Positions 34,921 to 45,265 of a stretch of DNA of 64,000 nucleotides are shown here, piece by piece. The notes under the pieces were generated by a model that saw nothing but the letters and a program-made list of their open reading frames with translations, did not search any database and had not been told where the DNA came from. The position numbers and the translations under genes were made by a program. Within the stretch, counting starts at the first letter, position 1, and every line of letters starts with the position of its first letter. The stretch comes from Dehalococcoidia bacterium (lineage in GTDB: Bacteria; Chloroflexota; Dehalococcoidia; DSTF01; WHTK01): contig WHTK01000012.1 of NCBI GenBank assembly GCA_009377745.1, positions 11,742-75,741 on the forward strand. The letters are read 5' to 3'.

Positions 34921-34980
34921 CGTGTTTGGACGCGACCCCAGCCTGAAGGCTGGGGCATGGGTTAGGTGCCGCTCGAACAG
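34921..34980 (+). repeat. hairpin element, copy 1 (CCCCAGCC-TGAA-GGCTGGGG core)
   Basis: Core at 34936-34955, with shared flanks GTGTTTG..CGC and CATGGGTT..TGCCGCTC. Confidence 0.8.
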
Positions 34981-35043
34981 GGCATGCCGCGTGCCTCGGA
35001 ATGGTGAGATGCGCGCTTGGACGTTCAGAGCCAAAACGGCGCG

Positions 35044-35090
35044 TCAAAGGTTGCCACGCCTCGGCTACCGCCGATGGCTCGCAACGACAT
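35044..35090 (+). repeat. two-box repeat, family 3
   Basis: TCAAAGGTTGCCACGCC-N-GCCGATGGCTCGCAACGACAT. Confidence 0.75.
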
Positions 35091-35110
35091 GGTGGTTTGC
35101 GACTCGATGC

Positions 35111-35167
35111 CGGTGTTTGAGCGCCACCCCAGCTTGAAAGCTGGGGCATGGTTGTGCCGTTCAGCAG
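35111..35167 (+). repeat. hairpin element, copy 2 (CCCCAGCT-TGAA-AGCTGGGG core)
   Basis: Core at 35127-35146. Confidence 0.8.
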
Positions 35168-35176
35168 AGCCGCTGC

Positions 35177-35247
35177 TTACCAGATGCCGAGCTGCATCTT
35201 GACCTCGTCGCTGGCCATGGTGCGCGGGTCCCAGGGCGGGTTGAAGG
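35177..35247 (-). pseudogene. duplicated 3' end of the DUF59/SufT-like gene
   Basis: Reverse translation gives FNPPWDPRTMASDEVKMQLGIW-stop. About 6 mismatches over 70 nt against 35315-35385. Confidence 0.7.
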
Positions 35248-35250
35248 CAT

Positions 35251-35309
35251 TTTGTCTTGAACACGACCCCAGCTTGAAAGCTGGGGCATGGGTTGCTGCC
35301 GCTCAAAGG
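35251..35309 (+). repeat. hairpin element, copy 3
   Basis: Core CCCCAGCT-TGAA-AGCTGGGG at 35267-35286. Sits between the gene tail and its duplicate. Confidence 0.8.
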
Positions 35310-35314
35310 CCGTG

Positions 35315-35635
35315 CTACCAGATGCCGAGCTGCATCTTGACCTCGTCGGAGGCCATGGTGCGGGGATCCCAGGGCGGGTTGAAGGTCAGCCAGGCGTTGA
35401 CGTCCTTGACGCCTTCGATGTTCATGATGGCGTCCTGGATGCGACCGACCAGCACCGGGCCCATGGGGCAGGCCGGCGTGGTCAGGGTGAAGGTCACGTC
35501 GACGACGTTGTCCTCGTTGACTTCGACGTCATAGATGAGGCCGAGGTCGACGACGCTGATGTGGATCTCGGGGTCCTCGATGGGCTGGAGGATCTCCATC
35601 ACTTGCTCGGAGGTAATCTTGGCGGTTGCTGCCAT
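35315..35635 (-). CDS. DUF59 Fe-S assembly protein (SufT/PaaD-like)
   Basis: 106 aa. DPEIHISVVDLGLIYDV ... TLTTPACPMG is typical of DUF59. Last gene of the suf operon. Confidence 0.85.
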   Translation of the reverse strand: MAATAKITSEQVMEILQPIEDPEIHISVVDLGLIYDVEVNEDNVVDVTFTLTTPACPMGPVLVGRIQDAIMNIEGVKDVNAWLTFNPPWDPRTMASDEVKMQLGIW

Positions 35636-35647
35636 GGTGGTGGTCTC

Positions 35648-36088
35648 CTAACTCTTCGATTCGAGGCCGTCTTCGAGGACGTGCCAGGCGAGGGTGGCGC
35701 ACTTGACGCGCACCGGGAACTTGGCGACGCCCTGGAATGCCTCCAGGTCACCGAGGTCTTCGCCGGGCTCGACCTCGGGGTCGGTCATCATGCGCTTGAA
35801 GTCGCCCAGCAGCGCGATCGCGTCGGCGACTTTGCGGCCCTTGATCGCGGCGGTCATCATCGAACCGGAAGCCTGGCTGATCGAGCAGCCACGGCCGCTG
35901 AAGGCCACATCCTTGATTATGTCACCTTCAAGCTCGACCTCGACGTTGATTTCGTCGCCGCAGAGGGGGTTGAAGCCCTCCGCTTTGGACGTGGCGTTAT
36001 CGAGTGTCCCCTTGTTGCGGGGATGGCGGTAGTGGTCGAGGATCAGCTCCCTGTAGAGCTCATCCAGCTCTGGTTCTGCAAACTGCAT
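35648..36088 (-). CDS. sufU: SUF sulfur-acceptor scaffold SufU (IscU/NifU-like)
   Basis: 146 aa. NPLCGDE, GRGCSISQAS and KCATLAW motifs. Confidence 0.9.
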   Translation of the reverse strand: MQFAEPELDELYRELILDHYRHPRNKGTLDNATSKAEGFNPLCGDEINVEVELEGDIIKDVAFSGRGCSISQASGSMMTAAIKGRKVADAIALLGDFKRMMTDPEVEPGEDLGDLEAFQGVAKFPVRVKCATLAWHVLEDGLESKS

Positions 36089-36091
36089 CCG

Positions 36092-37345
36092 TTAACTCAT
36101 CCTCGCGGCCGCGGCGGCGTCCGGGTCAAAGAAGCGACCGGCACCTTCCAATGCCTCGACCAGCTTATCGATCTCCGCAAAGGTATTGTAAACGTAGAAG
36201 CTGGCCCTCGCCGTGGCCACGCAATCGAGGCGGCGCATCAGGGGCTGGGCGCAGTGGTGGCCGGCGCGGATAGCGATGCCGCGCTGGTCGAGCACCTGGC
36301 TGAGGTCGTGCGGGTGGATGTCGCCGTAGTTGAAGGCAACGACGCCGACGCGCTCTTCCGGGTCTTTGGGGCCGTAGATCGTCACTTCCGGCAGCGCGCT
36401 CATCCGGTCGATGGCGTAGGCGGCCAGCGACTTCTCGTGGGCGCGGACGTTCTCCATGCCGATGCCTTCGAGGTAGTCGACCGCCGCGCCGAGGGCAATG
36501 CCATCGGCGATGTTGGGGGTGCCGGCCTCGTACTTCCAGGGCAGCTCGTTCCAGGTCGATTCCTCGAGGAGGACGCGAGAGATCATCTCGCCGCCGCCGA
36601 GGAAGGGGTCCATGGCTTCGAGGATATCCGGCTTGCCCCAGAGCACGCCGATGCCGGTGGGGCCGGCCATCTTGTGCCCGGAGAAAGCCAGGAAGTCGCA
36701 GCCGAGATCGCCCACATCGACGGGCATATTGGGGACGCTCTGAGCGCCATCGACGACCATGATGGCGCCCTGGCGGTGAGCCAGCTCGGCCGCGTAGCGC
36801 ACCGGGTTGATGCCGAGGACGTTGGAGGCGTGGACGAGCGAGACGATCTTGGTCCTGGGGCCGATGAGCTGCTCGAGTTGATCCACGCGCAGACGGCCTT
36901 CGCCGTCTATATCGACGAACTTGAGGACGGCGCCTTTCTCTTTGGCAATGAGCTGCCAGGGCACGAGATTGCTGTGGTGCTCCAGCACGCTGAGGACGAT
37001 CTCGTCGCCGGCATTGAGGAACTTACGGCCCCAGGCGTTGGCGACCAGGTTGAGCGACTCGGTGCAGTTGCGAGTGAAGATGACGCTTCTGGCGCCTTCG
37101 GGTGACTTGATAAAGCGCGCGACTTTGGCGCGGGAGCCCTCGTAGGCTTCTGTCGCCTCTTCTGCCAGCTTGTGGAGGCCGCGGTGGATGTTGGCGTTGT
37201 AGTTCTCGTAGTAGTGGACCAGCGAGTCGATGACCTGACGCGGCTTCTGGGTGGTCGCGGCGTTGTCGAGGTAAACCAGCGGCTGGCCGTGCACCTGGCG
37301 GCTGAGGATAGGGAAGTCCTTGCGAAGGGTGTCTACGTCAAACAT
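36092..37345 (-). CDS. sufS: cysteine desulfurase SufS
   Basis: Start trimmed to MFDVDTLRKDFPIL. PLP-Lys region (FSGHKM) and active-site loop (RAGHHCAQP). Confidence 0.93.
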   Translation of the reverse strand: MFDVDTLRKDFPILSRQVHGQPLVYLDNAATTQKPRQVIDSLVHYYENYNANIHRGLHKLAEEATEAYEGSRAKVARFIKSPEGARSVIFTRNCTESLNLVANAWGRKFLNAGDEIVLSVLEHHSNLVPWQLIAKEKGAVLKFVDIDGEGRLRVDQLEQLIGPRTKIVSLVHASNVLGINPVRYAAELAHRQGAIMVVDGAQSVPNMPVDVGDLGCDFLAFSGHKMAGPTGIGVLWGKPDILEAMDPFLGGGEMISRVLLEESTWNELPWKYEAGTPNIADGIALGAAVDYLEGIGMENVRAHEKSLAAYAIDRMSALPEVTIYGPKDPEERVGVVAFNYGDIHPHDLSQVLDQRGIAIRAGHHCAQPLMRRLDCVATARASFYVYNTFAEIDKLVEALEGAGRFFDPDAAAAARMS

Positions 37346-37464
37346 GGATGATCCCTTGTGGGCGCGCCGGCTGCGCATCCCTGGCGGTCTGCTCCGCCTG
37401 AATTAGAAAGAAAGGACTGAGGGGACACCCCTCAGGCTCCCGCAGGGTTGCACCCTGCACTGGC

Positions 37465-37773
37465 TTAGCCAACATCAACGAGGACCTCATCGCCGTTGAG
37501 CTGGACGGGGTAGGTGCGGACGGGAAGGACGGCCGGCAGAGCCCTGACGCGGCCGGTCTTGACATCGAAGCGGGCGCCGTGCCGCGGGCACTCGATATCT
37601 TCGCCCCAAAGCGCGCCTTCGCCCAGCGGGCCGCCATCATGGGTACAGACGTCGGCCAGGGCGTAGAACTCCCCGCCAACGTTGGCGAGGGCGATGCCGA
37701 CGCCATCGGCGCTGAAGACGCGCACTTCACCCTCGGACACATCTGACCTCGTCGCGACTTTCATGAAAGCCAC
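37465..37773 (-). CDS. Rieske [2Fe-2S] domain protein
   Basis: 102 aa. CTHDGGPL ... CPRHGARF Rieske ligands. Embedded between sufD and sufS. Confidence 0.85.
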   Translation of the reverse strand: MAFMKVATRSDVSEGEVRVFSADGVGIALANVGGEFYALADVCTHDGGPLGEGALWGEDIECPRHGARFDVKTGRVRALPAVLPVRTYPVQLNGDEVLVDVG

Positions 37774-39045
37774 CTAGTAGCCGGCTTCGATCTTGGCGGC
37801 CAGCGCCGCTTCCAAGCGAGGGCGGATAGCCTCGGCAGGCATCCGGTCGAGGACGGGCTGGAAGAAGGCCTCGACCAGCAGTCGCTCAGCCTCCGCCTTG
37901 GGGATGCCACGCGACTCCAGGTAGAAACGCTGCTCCTCGTCCAGGGGGCCGGCGGAGGCGCCGTGGCTACAGCGCAGGATGTCATAGGCCTCGATCTCGA
38001 GCACCGGGATCGGGGCGGCCTTGGCGTGGTCGCTGAGCAGTAAGTTGCGGCTGGTCTGGTTGGCCTCGCTCAAGGAGGCGCCTTTCTGGATGTGGACGGT
38101 GCCGGTCCAAACCTCGCTGGAGTGGTCTTCGAGCGCGGCCTTGAAAAGGAGGTCGCTGGCAGTGCGGGGCGCGATGTGATCCTGCAGGGTGCCGTAATCG
38201 AAGTGCTGATGGCCGTCGCCGAAGCTGAGGCCGAGCAACTCGGCCGAGGCGCCATCGCCGTCCATGATGGCTTCGAGCTTGGTCTTGGTCAGACGCGAGC
38301 CGAGCCCTACAAGGCCAGCCGTAAGCCGCGAGCCACGATCGAGACGGGCGCGGATGGTCGAGAAGTTGTAGACGTTATCGCCCCAGCGCTGGACTTCCAG
38401 GAAGCGGACGCGGGCGTCCGGCCTGGCGACGATCTCGACAGCGCCGACGGCCAGGGACTGGGCCTGACCGGAGGGCGATTCGGTCTCCTGAATGACGGTG
38501 ACGCTGCTGTTCTCTTCGGCAACGATGAGGAGGTGAGGGAAGACCGGGCCGGCAGCGCCACTGACCAGATAGTGCAGCGGCACTTCGACCTCGACGCCGC
38601 GCGGGACGTAGACCAGCGCGCCTTGCTGCCAGAGGGTGGCTTGCAGGGCGCTAAGCCGCCACTCGGTGGACAAGACGAGGCTGTGGAGGTGTTCTCGAAG
38701 CAGCGCCTCGTGTTTGGGCAGGGCTTGCGACACCTCGCCGAAGAAGAAAGCGTCGGGCAGGCCGTGGCCTCTGGCGTAGACGCCGGGGGCTTCGTCGCCG
38801 ATGCTCCACGTCGCCGCGGCGTCTCTGGGAGCGGCCAGGGTGGCTTCGAGGTCGAGGGCGCTGATGTCGGTGCGGCGCCACTCCTCGGCCAGGGGGTTAG
38901 GCATGGCCATGGAGGCGAAGGCGCGGTAGGCGTCGACGCGGCGGCTAAGCAGCCACTCCGGCTCGTTAAGGCGCCGTGAGAGCTCGCGGACGGTCTGCTC
39001 GGTTATCGAGAGCGCGTTGGCGCTGGTGGTCATCAAATCATCCAT
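37774..39045 (-). CDS. sufD: Fe-S cluster assembly protein SufD
   Basis: 423 aa. C-terminal SufBD beta-helix region; position directly after sufB. Confidence 0.88.
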   Translation of the reverse strand: MDDLMTTSANALSITEQTVRELSRRLNEPEWLLSRRVDAYRAFASMAMPNPLAEEWRRTDISALDLEATLAAPRDAAATWSIGDEAPGVYARGHGLPDAFFFGEVSQALPKHEALLREHLHSLVLSTEWRLSALQATLWQQGALVYVPRGVEVEVPLHYLVSGAAGPVFPHLLIVAEENSSVTVIQETESPSGQAQSLAVGAVEIVARPDARVRFLEVQRWGDNVYNFSTIRARLDRGSRLTAGLVGLGSRLTKTKLEAIMDGDGASAELLGLSFGDGHQHFDYGTLQDHIAPRTASDLLFKAALEDHSSEVWTGTVHIQKGASLSEANQTSRNLLLSDHAKAAPIPVLEIEAYDILRCSHGASAGPLDEEQRFYLESRGIPKAEAERLLVEAFFQPVLDRMPAEAIRPRLEAALAAKIEAGY

Positions 39046-39126
39046 TCATGTCAAATTGCGGAGGGCGCTGCGGGGGCTGTCCCTAAAACAGCCCCTACAC
39101 GTTGCTTCCCGCGTATCCAGGGCGTC

Positions 39127-40544
<1,418 letters not shown>

Positions 40545-40545
<1 letters not shown>

Positions 40546-41342
40546 TACGCGTCACTTCCCTTCGATATGGCTACAGCCTCGCTGTCGCCGTCGATTTCGC
40601 TCGTGATCCAGTCGTAACCTTTTTCTTCCAGGGCCTGCGCCAGCTCGCTGCCGCCGCTGCGGACGATGCGGCCTTTGTAGAGGACGTGCACCCGGTCCGG
40701 CGTGATGTAGTTCAGCAGCCGCTGGTAGTGGGTGATCAGCAGGATGCCCATCTCCGGCGTGTGGAGGGCGTTGATTCCCTCAGCCACGGTGCGCAGGGCG
40801 TCGATGTCGAGGCCGGAGTCGGTCTCGTCCATGACGGCCATGGCAGGCTTGAGGATGCTCATTTGCAGCACCTCGGCGCGCTTCTTTTCGCCGCCGGAGA
40901 AGCCGTCATTGACGTAGCGGCGGGCGAAGGACTCGTCCATCTTGAGCAGAGTCAGGGCTTCCTGCAGGCGCTGACGGAACTCGCGCACCGGCACGTCTCG
41001 GTCCTGCACCGCTTTGAGAGCGGCGCGGAGGAAGTTGACCATGGTCACGCCGGGGATGGCCGTCGGGTATTGCATGGCCAGGAACATGCCACGCTTGGCG
41101 CGCTCGTCGGGAGCGAGGTCAGTGATGTCCTCGCCTTTGAGGTAGACCTTGCCAGCGGTGACCTGGTACTTCGGGTGGCCTGCCAGCGTGTTGGCCAGCG
41201 TGCTTTTACCGGAGCCGTTGGGCCCCATGATGGCGTGCACTTCGCCGGCCGGGACGGTCAATGAGAGACCGTTGACGATCTCCTTGCCTTCTACCGACAC
41301 GTGCAGGTCTTCTATTCTTAGCACTGCCCTGTTGGTGCTCAT
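40545..41342 (-). CDS. sufC: Fe-S cluster assembly ATPase SufC
   Basis: 265 aa. Walker [13 protein letters not shown] signature FSGGEKKR, Walker [12 protein letters not shown]. Confidence 0.95.
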
Positions 41343-41448
41343 CCGTACTCCTTATTGATTTGAAAGTGGTGTCCACCCCCGGCCCTGCCACCCCTACACC
41401 ACAGAGCCGCGACAGCATTCCCCCGCCGGCGCGTGAAGCTTGGTTCAA

Positions 41449-42108
41449 CTAGTTTCCCTTGGGCTTAGGCTCGGCGCCAGCCCTGATGATGTATTCGCAC
41501 ACCGGCTCGCCATCGACGATCCGACGCGTCTGCTCTACCTCGACTCCGACGAGTAGCTCGATCGCCTGGCGGTCGGAGCGGCAAGCAACGTCGCTCATCT
41601 CAGCCAGACGCAGGTAGGGACACTCGTTATTGAGAATATGGACGATATCGCCCTCTTTGTGCCAGCCATCGACTATACCTTCACGTTCCAGAGCGCGGCT
41701 CATTTCGGCCACTCGCTGGTCCAAGGACTCGCCGTGGACTTCCGACTTGTGATCGGCCGCCACCTCGGCCGCGATGCCGCTGAAGACGTTCTCCAGGATC
41801 TCGCGACCGCTGCCGCCGTCTACCTGGTTCGCGTCCATTTTGTCGAGGTGACGGAAGAGGCGCGAGAGCAGTTGGACGTAGCTGTGGCCCGATAGCTCCT
41901 CGCCGCGCTCGGTGGCGGAGAAGAGCATCGCCGGGCGGCCGACGCCATGGCGCTCGAGCCGGGCTTCGATCAGGCCGTCGGCGCGGAGGCCATCGAGATG
42001 ACGGCGCACCGCCTGCTGACTGAGGTCTAGGGTCTCGGCCAGCTGGGCGACGGTTGCCTCGCGGTGTCCGCGCACGAAGCGCAGCACCTGGTCTCGGGTT
42101 GTTTCCAC
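41449..42108 (-). CDS. sufR: SufR-like winged-helix transcriptional regulator with C-terminal Cys motif
   Basis: 219 aa. N-terminal wHTH (ATVAQLAETLDLSQQAVRRHLDGL). Three C-terminal Cys (ECPY...VACRS...PVCEY). First gene of the suf cluster. GTG start. Confidence 0.65.
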   Translation of the reverse strand: METTRDQVLRFVRGHREATVAQLAETLDLSQQAVRRHLDGLRADGLIEARLERHGVGRPAMLFSATERGEELSGHSYVQLLSRLFRHLDKMDANQVDGGSGREILENVFSGIAAEVAADHKSEVHGESLDQRVAEMSRALEREGIVDGWHKEGDIVHILNNECPYLRLAEMSDVACRSDRQAIELLVGVEVEQTRRIVDGEPVCEYIIRAGAEPKPKGN

Positions 42109-42114
42109 GTGGTT

Positions 42115-42143
42115 AGATTAGCTTCCAGAGCCTAATTTGTCAA
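42115..42143 (-). promoter_or_regulatory. candidate promoter of sufR (possibly leaderless)
   Basis: On the minus strand: TTGACA-N17-TAATCT. The -10 ends only 6 nt before the GTG start, and no Shine-Dalgarno sequence is present. Confidence 0.4.
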
Positions 42144-42192
42144 CAAAAACCGATAATAAATGCACTTATGTAACTAAAGGCTCGACGCCGGG

Positions 42193-42849
42193 TTGCGGCG
42201 GGCGAATAATCGGGCTGTGACCTACGAGAGCATCATCGCTGAATTACGCCAGGCCTACGACAAGGACGCCCCTCGCCGTGACACGGCCGAGATAGAGCCG
42301 TGGAAGGTCGAGGAGCGCGATCGCTTTCTGGCGCTGATGCGGGCCGAGGGTAGCGAGACGCTGCTGGAGGTCGGATCCGGGCCGGGCGTGCACGGACGCT
42401 TCTTCCAGGATGAGGGACTGAACGTCACTTGCACAGACCTCTCGCCGGAGCACGTGCGGTTGTGCCGGGAGAAGGGCCTCAAGGCGGAGGTTATGGACTT
42501 CCTGAGCCTCGACTTCGGGAGCCGGACCTTCGACGCCGTGTTCGCGCTGAACTGCCTGCTGCATGTGCCGCATGCTGACTTCGTCGCGGCGCTGATGAAG
42601 ATCCACAGCGTGATTAAGCCGGGTGGGCTCTTCTACCTGGGCCAGTACGGCGGGATTAATTCTGAAGCCGTCTCAGCAAGTGACAGCTACGAGCCGAAGC
42701 GCTTCTTTGCGTTCTTTACGGATGATGAGCTATGCCGGCAAGCCGCGGAGGTGTTCGAGCTGGTCGATTTCAGGGTCATCGATCTCGAAGGGGAGCGGCC
42801 AGGGTTTCACTTCCAGGCGATGACGCTGCGCGCGGATGGCCTGGTCTAA
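42193..42849 (+). CDS. class I SAM-dependent methyltransferase
   Basis: 218 aa. Motif I LLEVGSGPGVHG. TTG start as given; a GTG at 42217 is possible. Confidence 0.8.
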   Translation: MRRANNRAVTYESIIAELRQAYDKDAPRRDTAEIEPWKVEERDRFLALMRAEGSETLLEVGSGPGVHGRFFQDEGLNVTCTDLSPEHVRLCREKGLKAEVMDFLSLDFGSRTFDAVFALNCLLHVPHADFVAALMKIHSVIKPGGLFYLGQYGGINSEAVSASDSYEPKRFFAFFTDDELCRQAAEVFELVDFRVIDLEGERPGFHFQAMTLRADGLV

Positions 42850-42920
42850 GAGGCGGCGCAGCTAAGGCTCGACGAGGGTGTTGACGGCAAAAATGAAGCG
42901 TCTCAAAGGATGCGAGCGCA

Positions 42921-42986
42921 GATTCTTCGGCTGGCTGGCAGCCGCTCAGAATGACAAACCTGACGCTGGCAGCCGCTCAGAATGAC
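42921..42986 (+). repeat. two-box repeat, family 4, with box B duplicated in tandem
   Basis: GATTCTTCGGCTGGCTGGCAGCCGCTCAGAATGACA followed by GCTGGCAGCCGCTCAGAATGAC. Confidence 0.75.
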
Positions 42987-43012
42987 GAGGCAACCCCCTG
43001 ATCAGGACTGAG

Positions 43013-43234
43013 CTAGACGAAGTAGCAGCCGTGGTCGCCTTTCCAGCCGACTTCGGCTTTGCCATCGCGCAGGAGGATTGGGACGGAGACGGAGTACAGC
43101 ATCGCCTCGTCGAACCACTCCTGCTTAGACATGATATTGCGCTCCTCAAAGTCGACGCCGCCGGCGGTGAGGTCATCGCGGGCGACGTCGCAGGTGCTGC
43201 AATTGGTAGTCGTGTAGAGGATGACTTCGGGCAT
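43013..43234 (-). CDS. glutaredoxin-like protein (CSTC active site)
   Basis: 73 aa. LYTTTNCSTCDVARDDL ... VPILL thioredoxin-fold pattern. C-terminal GCYFV. Confidence 0.8.
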   Translation of the reverse strand: MPEVILYTTTNCSTCDVARDDLTAGGVDFEERNIMSKQEWFDEAMLYSVSVPILLRDGKAEVGWKGDHGCYFV

Positions 43235-43246
43235 TTGCGACCTCGC

Positions 43247-43471
43247 TTACTGAAACAGGCAGCCCATGGAGCGGCCCCAGCCGATCTGGACCTTCTGGCC
43301 GCGGAGGATGACAGGGACGGAGATCGAGTAGCCGGCGGCTTCGTTGAACCAGTCCCGTCGCGTCATTATGTTGCGTTCCTCGAAGTCGATGCCCTCGTCC
43401 GTGAGGCCGGCGCGGGCGCGGTCGCAGGTACCGCAATGAGGGACCGTATAGAGGATGACGCTCTCAGGCAT
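43247..43471 (-). CDS. glutaredoxin-like protein (CGTC active site), tandem paralogue
   Basis: 74 aa. LYTVPHCGTCDRARAGL ... VPVIL. C-terminal GCLFQ. Confidence 0.8.
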   Translation of the reverse strand: MPESVILYTVPHCGTCDRARAGLTDEGIDFEERNIMTRRDWFNEAAGYSISVPVILRGQKVQIGWGRSMGCLFQ

Positions 43472-43495
43472 AGCGAGGCGATTTTAGCACCCGGA

Positions 43496-43954
43496 CTACC
43501 TCAGGTTTGCCAGGTCAAAGGCGGTCTCAAGCGGATTCAGGATTTGGACTCCCGCGATTGTTCTCCCGGTTTGCATATCCTCGCTGAGGAGATACCCAAC
43601 ACCATTCTGCTTCGCAGTCGCCCAGATGACGCCATCCCAGAACGACAAGCTATAGCCATGGGCTGATCGAGCAGCTTCCAATATTGCGGCTACGGTCGTT
43701 TCCAGGACTGTGAAAGAGGTGGCCAAATCATGAACGATCTCCTGTGCTTCTGGCCTGACAAGCGGCACGGTAATCCTCTGGGTCACCACACGAAAGAACT
43801 CACCCAGCACCTGGACCGTCAGGACTCCGTTCATGTCCGCTTCAAGCGCTCGGAGTAGGGCCAGTCCTCGGGATTGTTTTTCTAACGCGGATGGGTCAAA
43901 GGCATATACAAGGATGTTCGTGTCGATAAGGCAGGCTGGCCGCCTAATCGTCAT
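43496..43954 (-). CDS. vapC: PIN-domain toxin VapC
   Basis: Start trimmed to MTIRRPACLIDTNILVYAFD. Overlaps the upstream antitoxin ORF by 11 nt. Confidence 0.85.
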   Translation of the reverse strand: MTIRRPACLIDTNILVYAFDPSALEKQSRGLALLRALEADMNGVLTVQVLGEFFRVVTQRITVPLVRPEAQEIVHDLATSFTVLETTVAAILEAARSAHGYSLSFWDGVIWATAKQNGVGYLLSEDMQTGRTIAGVQILNPLETAFDLANLR

Positions 43955-44201
43955 AGAGTTCGTCCCGAGTCCAGGTCCGTTCAACCTGCGGGACCTTCAT
44001 CTTGGCGCGCTGCTCCATAACCGCTTCGAGCCGTTTCCAGGCTTCCCCACGTTCCGCCTCCTTCTCATCGTCCTCAGATGTGACTTGCTCAATGCCACGG
44101 CGGATTAGCTCGGCTTCTGTGACGCCGAGACGCTTCGATAGGCGCTTGAGTGCGGCGTCCTGCTCGCGTTCGATGTAGACCTGCTTGCGGACCATCGTCA
44201 T
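43944..44201 (-). CDS. vapB: ribbon-helix-helix antitoxin (VapB-like)
   Basis: 85 aa. KQVYIEREQDAALKRLSKRLGVTEAELIRRGI is an RHH pattern. Confidence 0.75.
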   Translation of the reverse strand: MTMVRKQVYIEREQDAALKRLSKRLGVTEAELIRRGIEQVTSEDDEKEAERGEAWKRLEAVMEQRAKMKVPQVERTWTRDELYDD

Positions 44202-44240
44202 GATGTATACATCGTAGCATACATCATGGCCGTAAGCCTC

Positions 44241-44525
44241 CTAGCTCCAGTTGCGAGGGACGCGCTGGAGATCGAAGCCCTCACGGCGGCGGCGGCGCTG
44301 CCAGGGCTCGGGTTGGGGCAGAGGGATGAGGTGACTCTGAGGGTGCGGCTCCCAGAGGCCGCAGCCGGTGCCGATGTCTTCGAGGAAGGGGCCAACGCAG
44401 TCCTGACCCTCGCGGATTGGGTGCTGACAGGTGCAGCAGAGCTCGATGCGTCCCGGCTCAACGGCGCGCGTCAGATAGCGGCAGTGGACGGCGAGTTGGG
44501 TTATGGGCTCTCTCACGCCCGCCAT
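44241..44525 (-). CDS. hypothetical Cys-rich small protein
   Basis: 94-aa ORF with high third-position GC. Cys cluster HCRY...LCCTCQH...DCVG...GCG. No family recognised. Confidence 0.4.
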   Translation of the reverse strand: MAGVREPITQLAVHCRYLTRAVEPGRIELCCTCQHPIREGQDCVGPFLEDIGTGCGLWEPHPQSHLIPLPQPEPWQRRRRREGFDLQRVPRNWS

Positions 44526-44558
44526 TCTACATCCTGGTAAAGGGCTGGAGAGACTGGG

Positions 44559-45227
44559 CTAGAGAGGAGCAAAGGCGGCGCCGTTGAGAAGGACGAAGCC
44601 CACCGCGGAGAGCGCCAGGAAGGGTGCGTAGGGCACGGCCTGTCGCCGGCCGACGATCCCGCCCACGAGGAGCAATACGAGGACGGCGCCTGCAACCGCC
44701 ATGCCGATGAAGAGGGCCTGATAAGCCCCCGGCAAGCCCAACGCGGCGCCGATCAGCACCGCTAGCTTGACATCGCCGAGGCCAATGCCGCCGCGAGAGA
44801 CGACGGCGAGGAGCAGAAAGAGACCGCCGCCCAGCAGGGCCGCCAGCAGCGCGCTGACGAGGTCCGCGTCCGGCATGAGGACGGCGGCGAGCAGGGCCAG
44901 AAGGGTGCCGGGATAGGTAACGGCGTTGGGCACGCGATAGCGCAGCAGGTCTGTGCCGGTGCAGATCAGCATCGCCAGGATTAGTGGCGTGACTGCGAGG
45001 GCGGCGACGGCCTCGAAGCGCCAGCCGGCGATGGCCATTAGCGGCGGCGTCAGCATGGCGAGGGCGAGGCGTACCCGCGCCGGCCAGGGCTCCGCCTGCC
45101 AGGGAAGGCGCTTTGTCGCCAACGACTCGTCCTCCAGGTCGCCGACGGGACGGCTGAAGCGAAAGATCAGCCGCTCGACGGCGAAGGCGGCCGGGATGCC
45201 GAGGAGAAAGAAGGCGAGCGCGCTCAC
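44559..45227 (-). CDS. A24-family prepilin (type IV leader) peptidase
   Basis: 222 aa, polytopic. Catalytic Asp contexts CTGTDLLRYRVPN and GLGDVKL. Confidence 0.8.
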   Translation of the reverse strand: MSALAFFLLGIPAAFAVERLIFRFSRPVGDLEDESLATKRLPWQAEPWPARVRLALAMLTPPLMAIAGWRFEAVAALAVTPLILAMLICTGTDLLRYRVPNAVTYPGTLLALLAAVLMPDADLVSALLAALLGGGLFLLLAVVSRGGIGLGDVKLAVLIGAALGLPGAYQALFIGMAVAGAVLVLLLVGGIVGRRQAVPYAPFLALSAVGFVLLNGAAFAPL

Positions 45228-45265
45228 ACTGGGATTATCGGCCGGAGAGGGTGCTTGGCGGAGTG

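Noticed and set aside
34765-35306. Several 60-90-aa ORFs in the gltB to suf spacer, with similar ones at 10338-10583, 8540-8811 and 23530-24251.
   Set aside because: Their translations consist of repeat-encoded motifs (PSLKAGAW, LAMARNDM and the like), so they are artefacts of the intergenic repeats.
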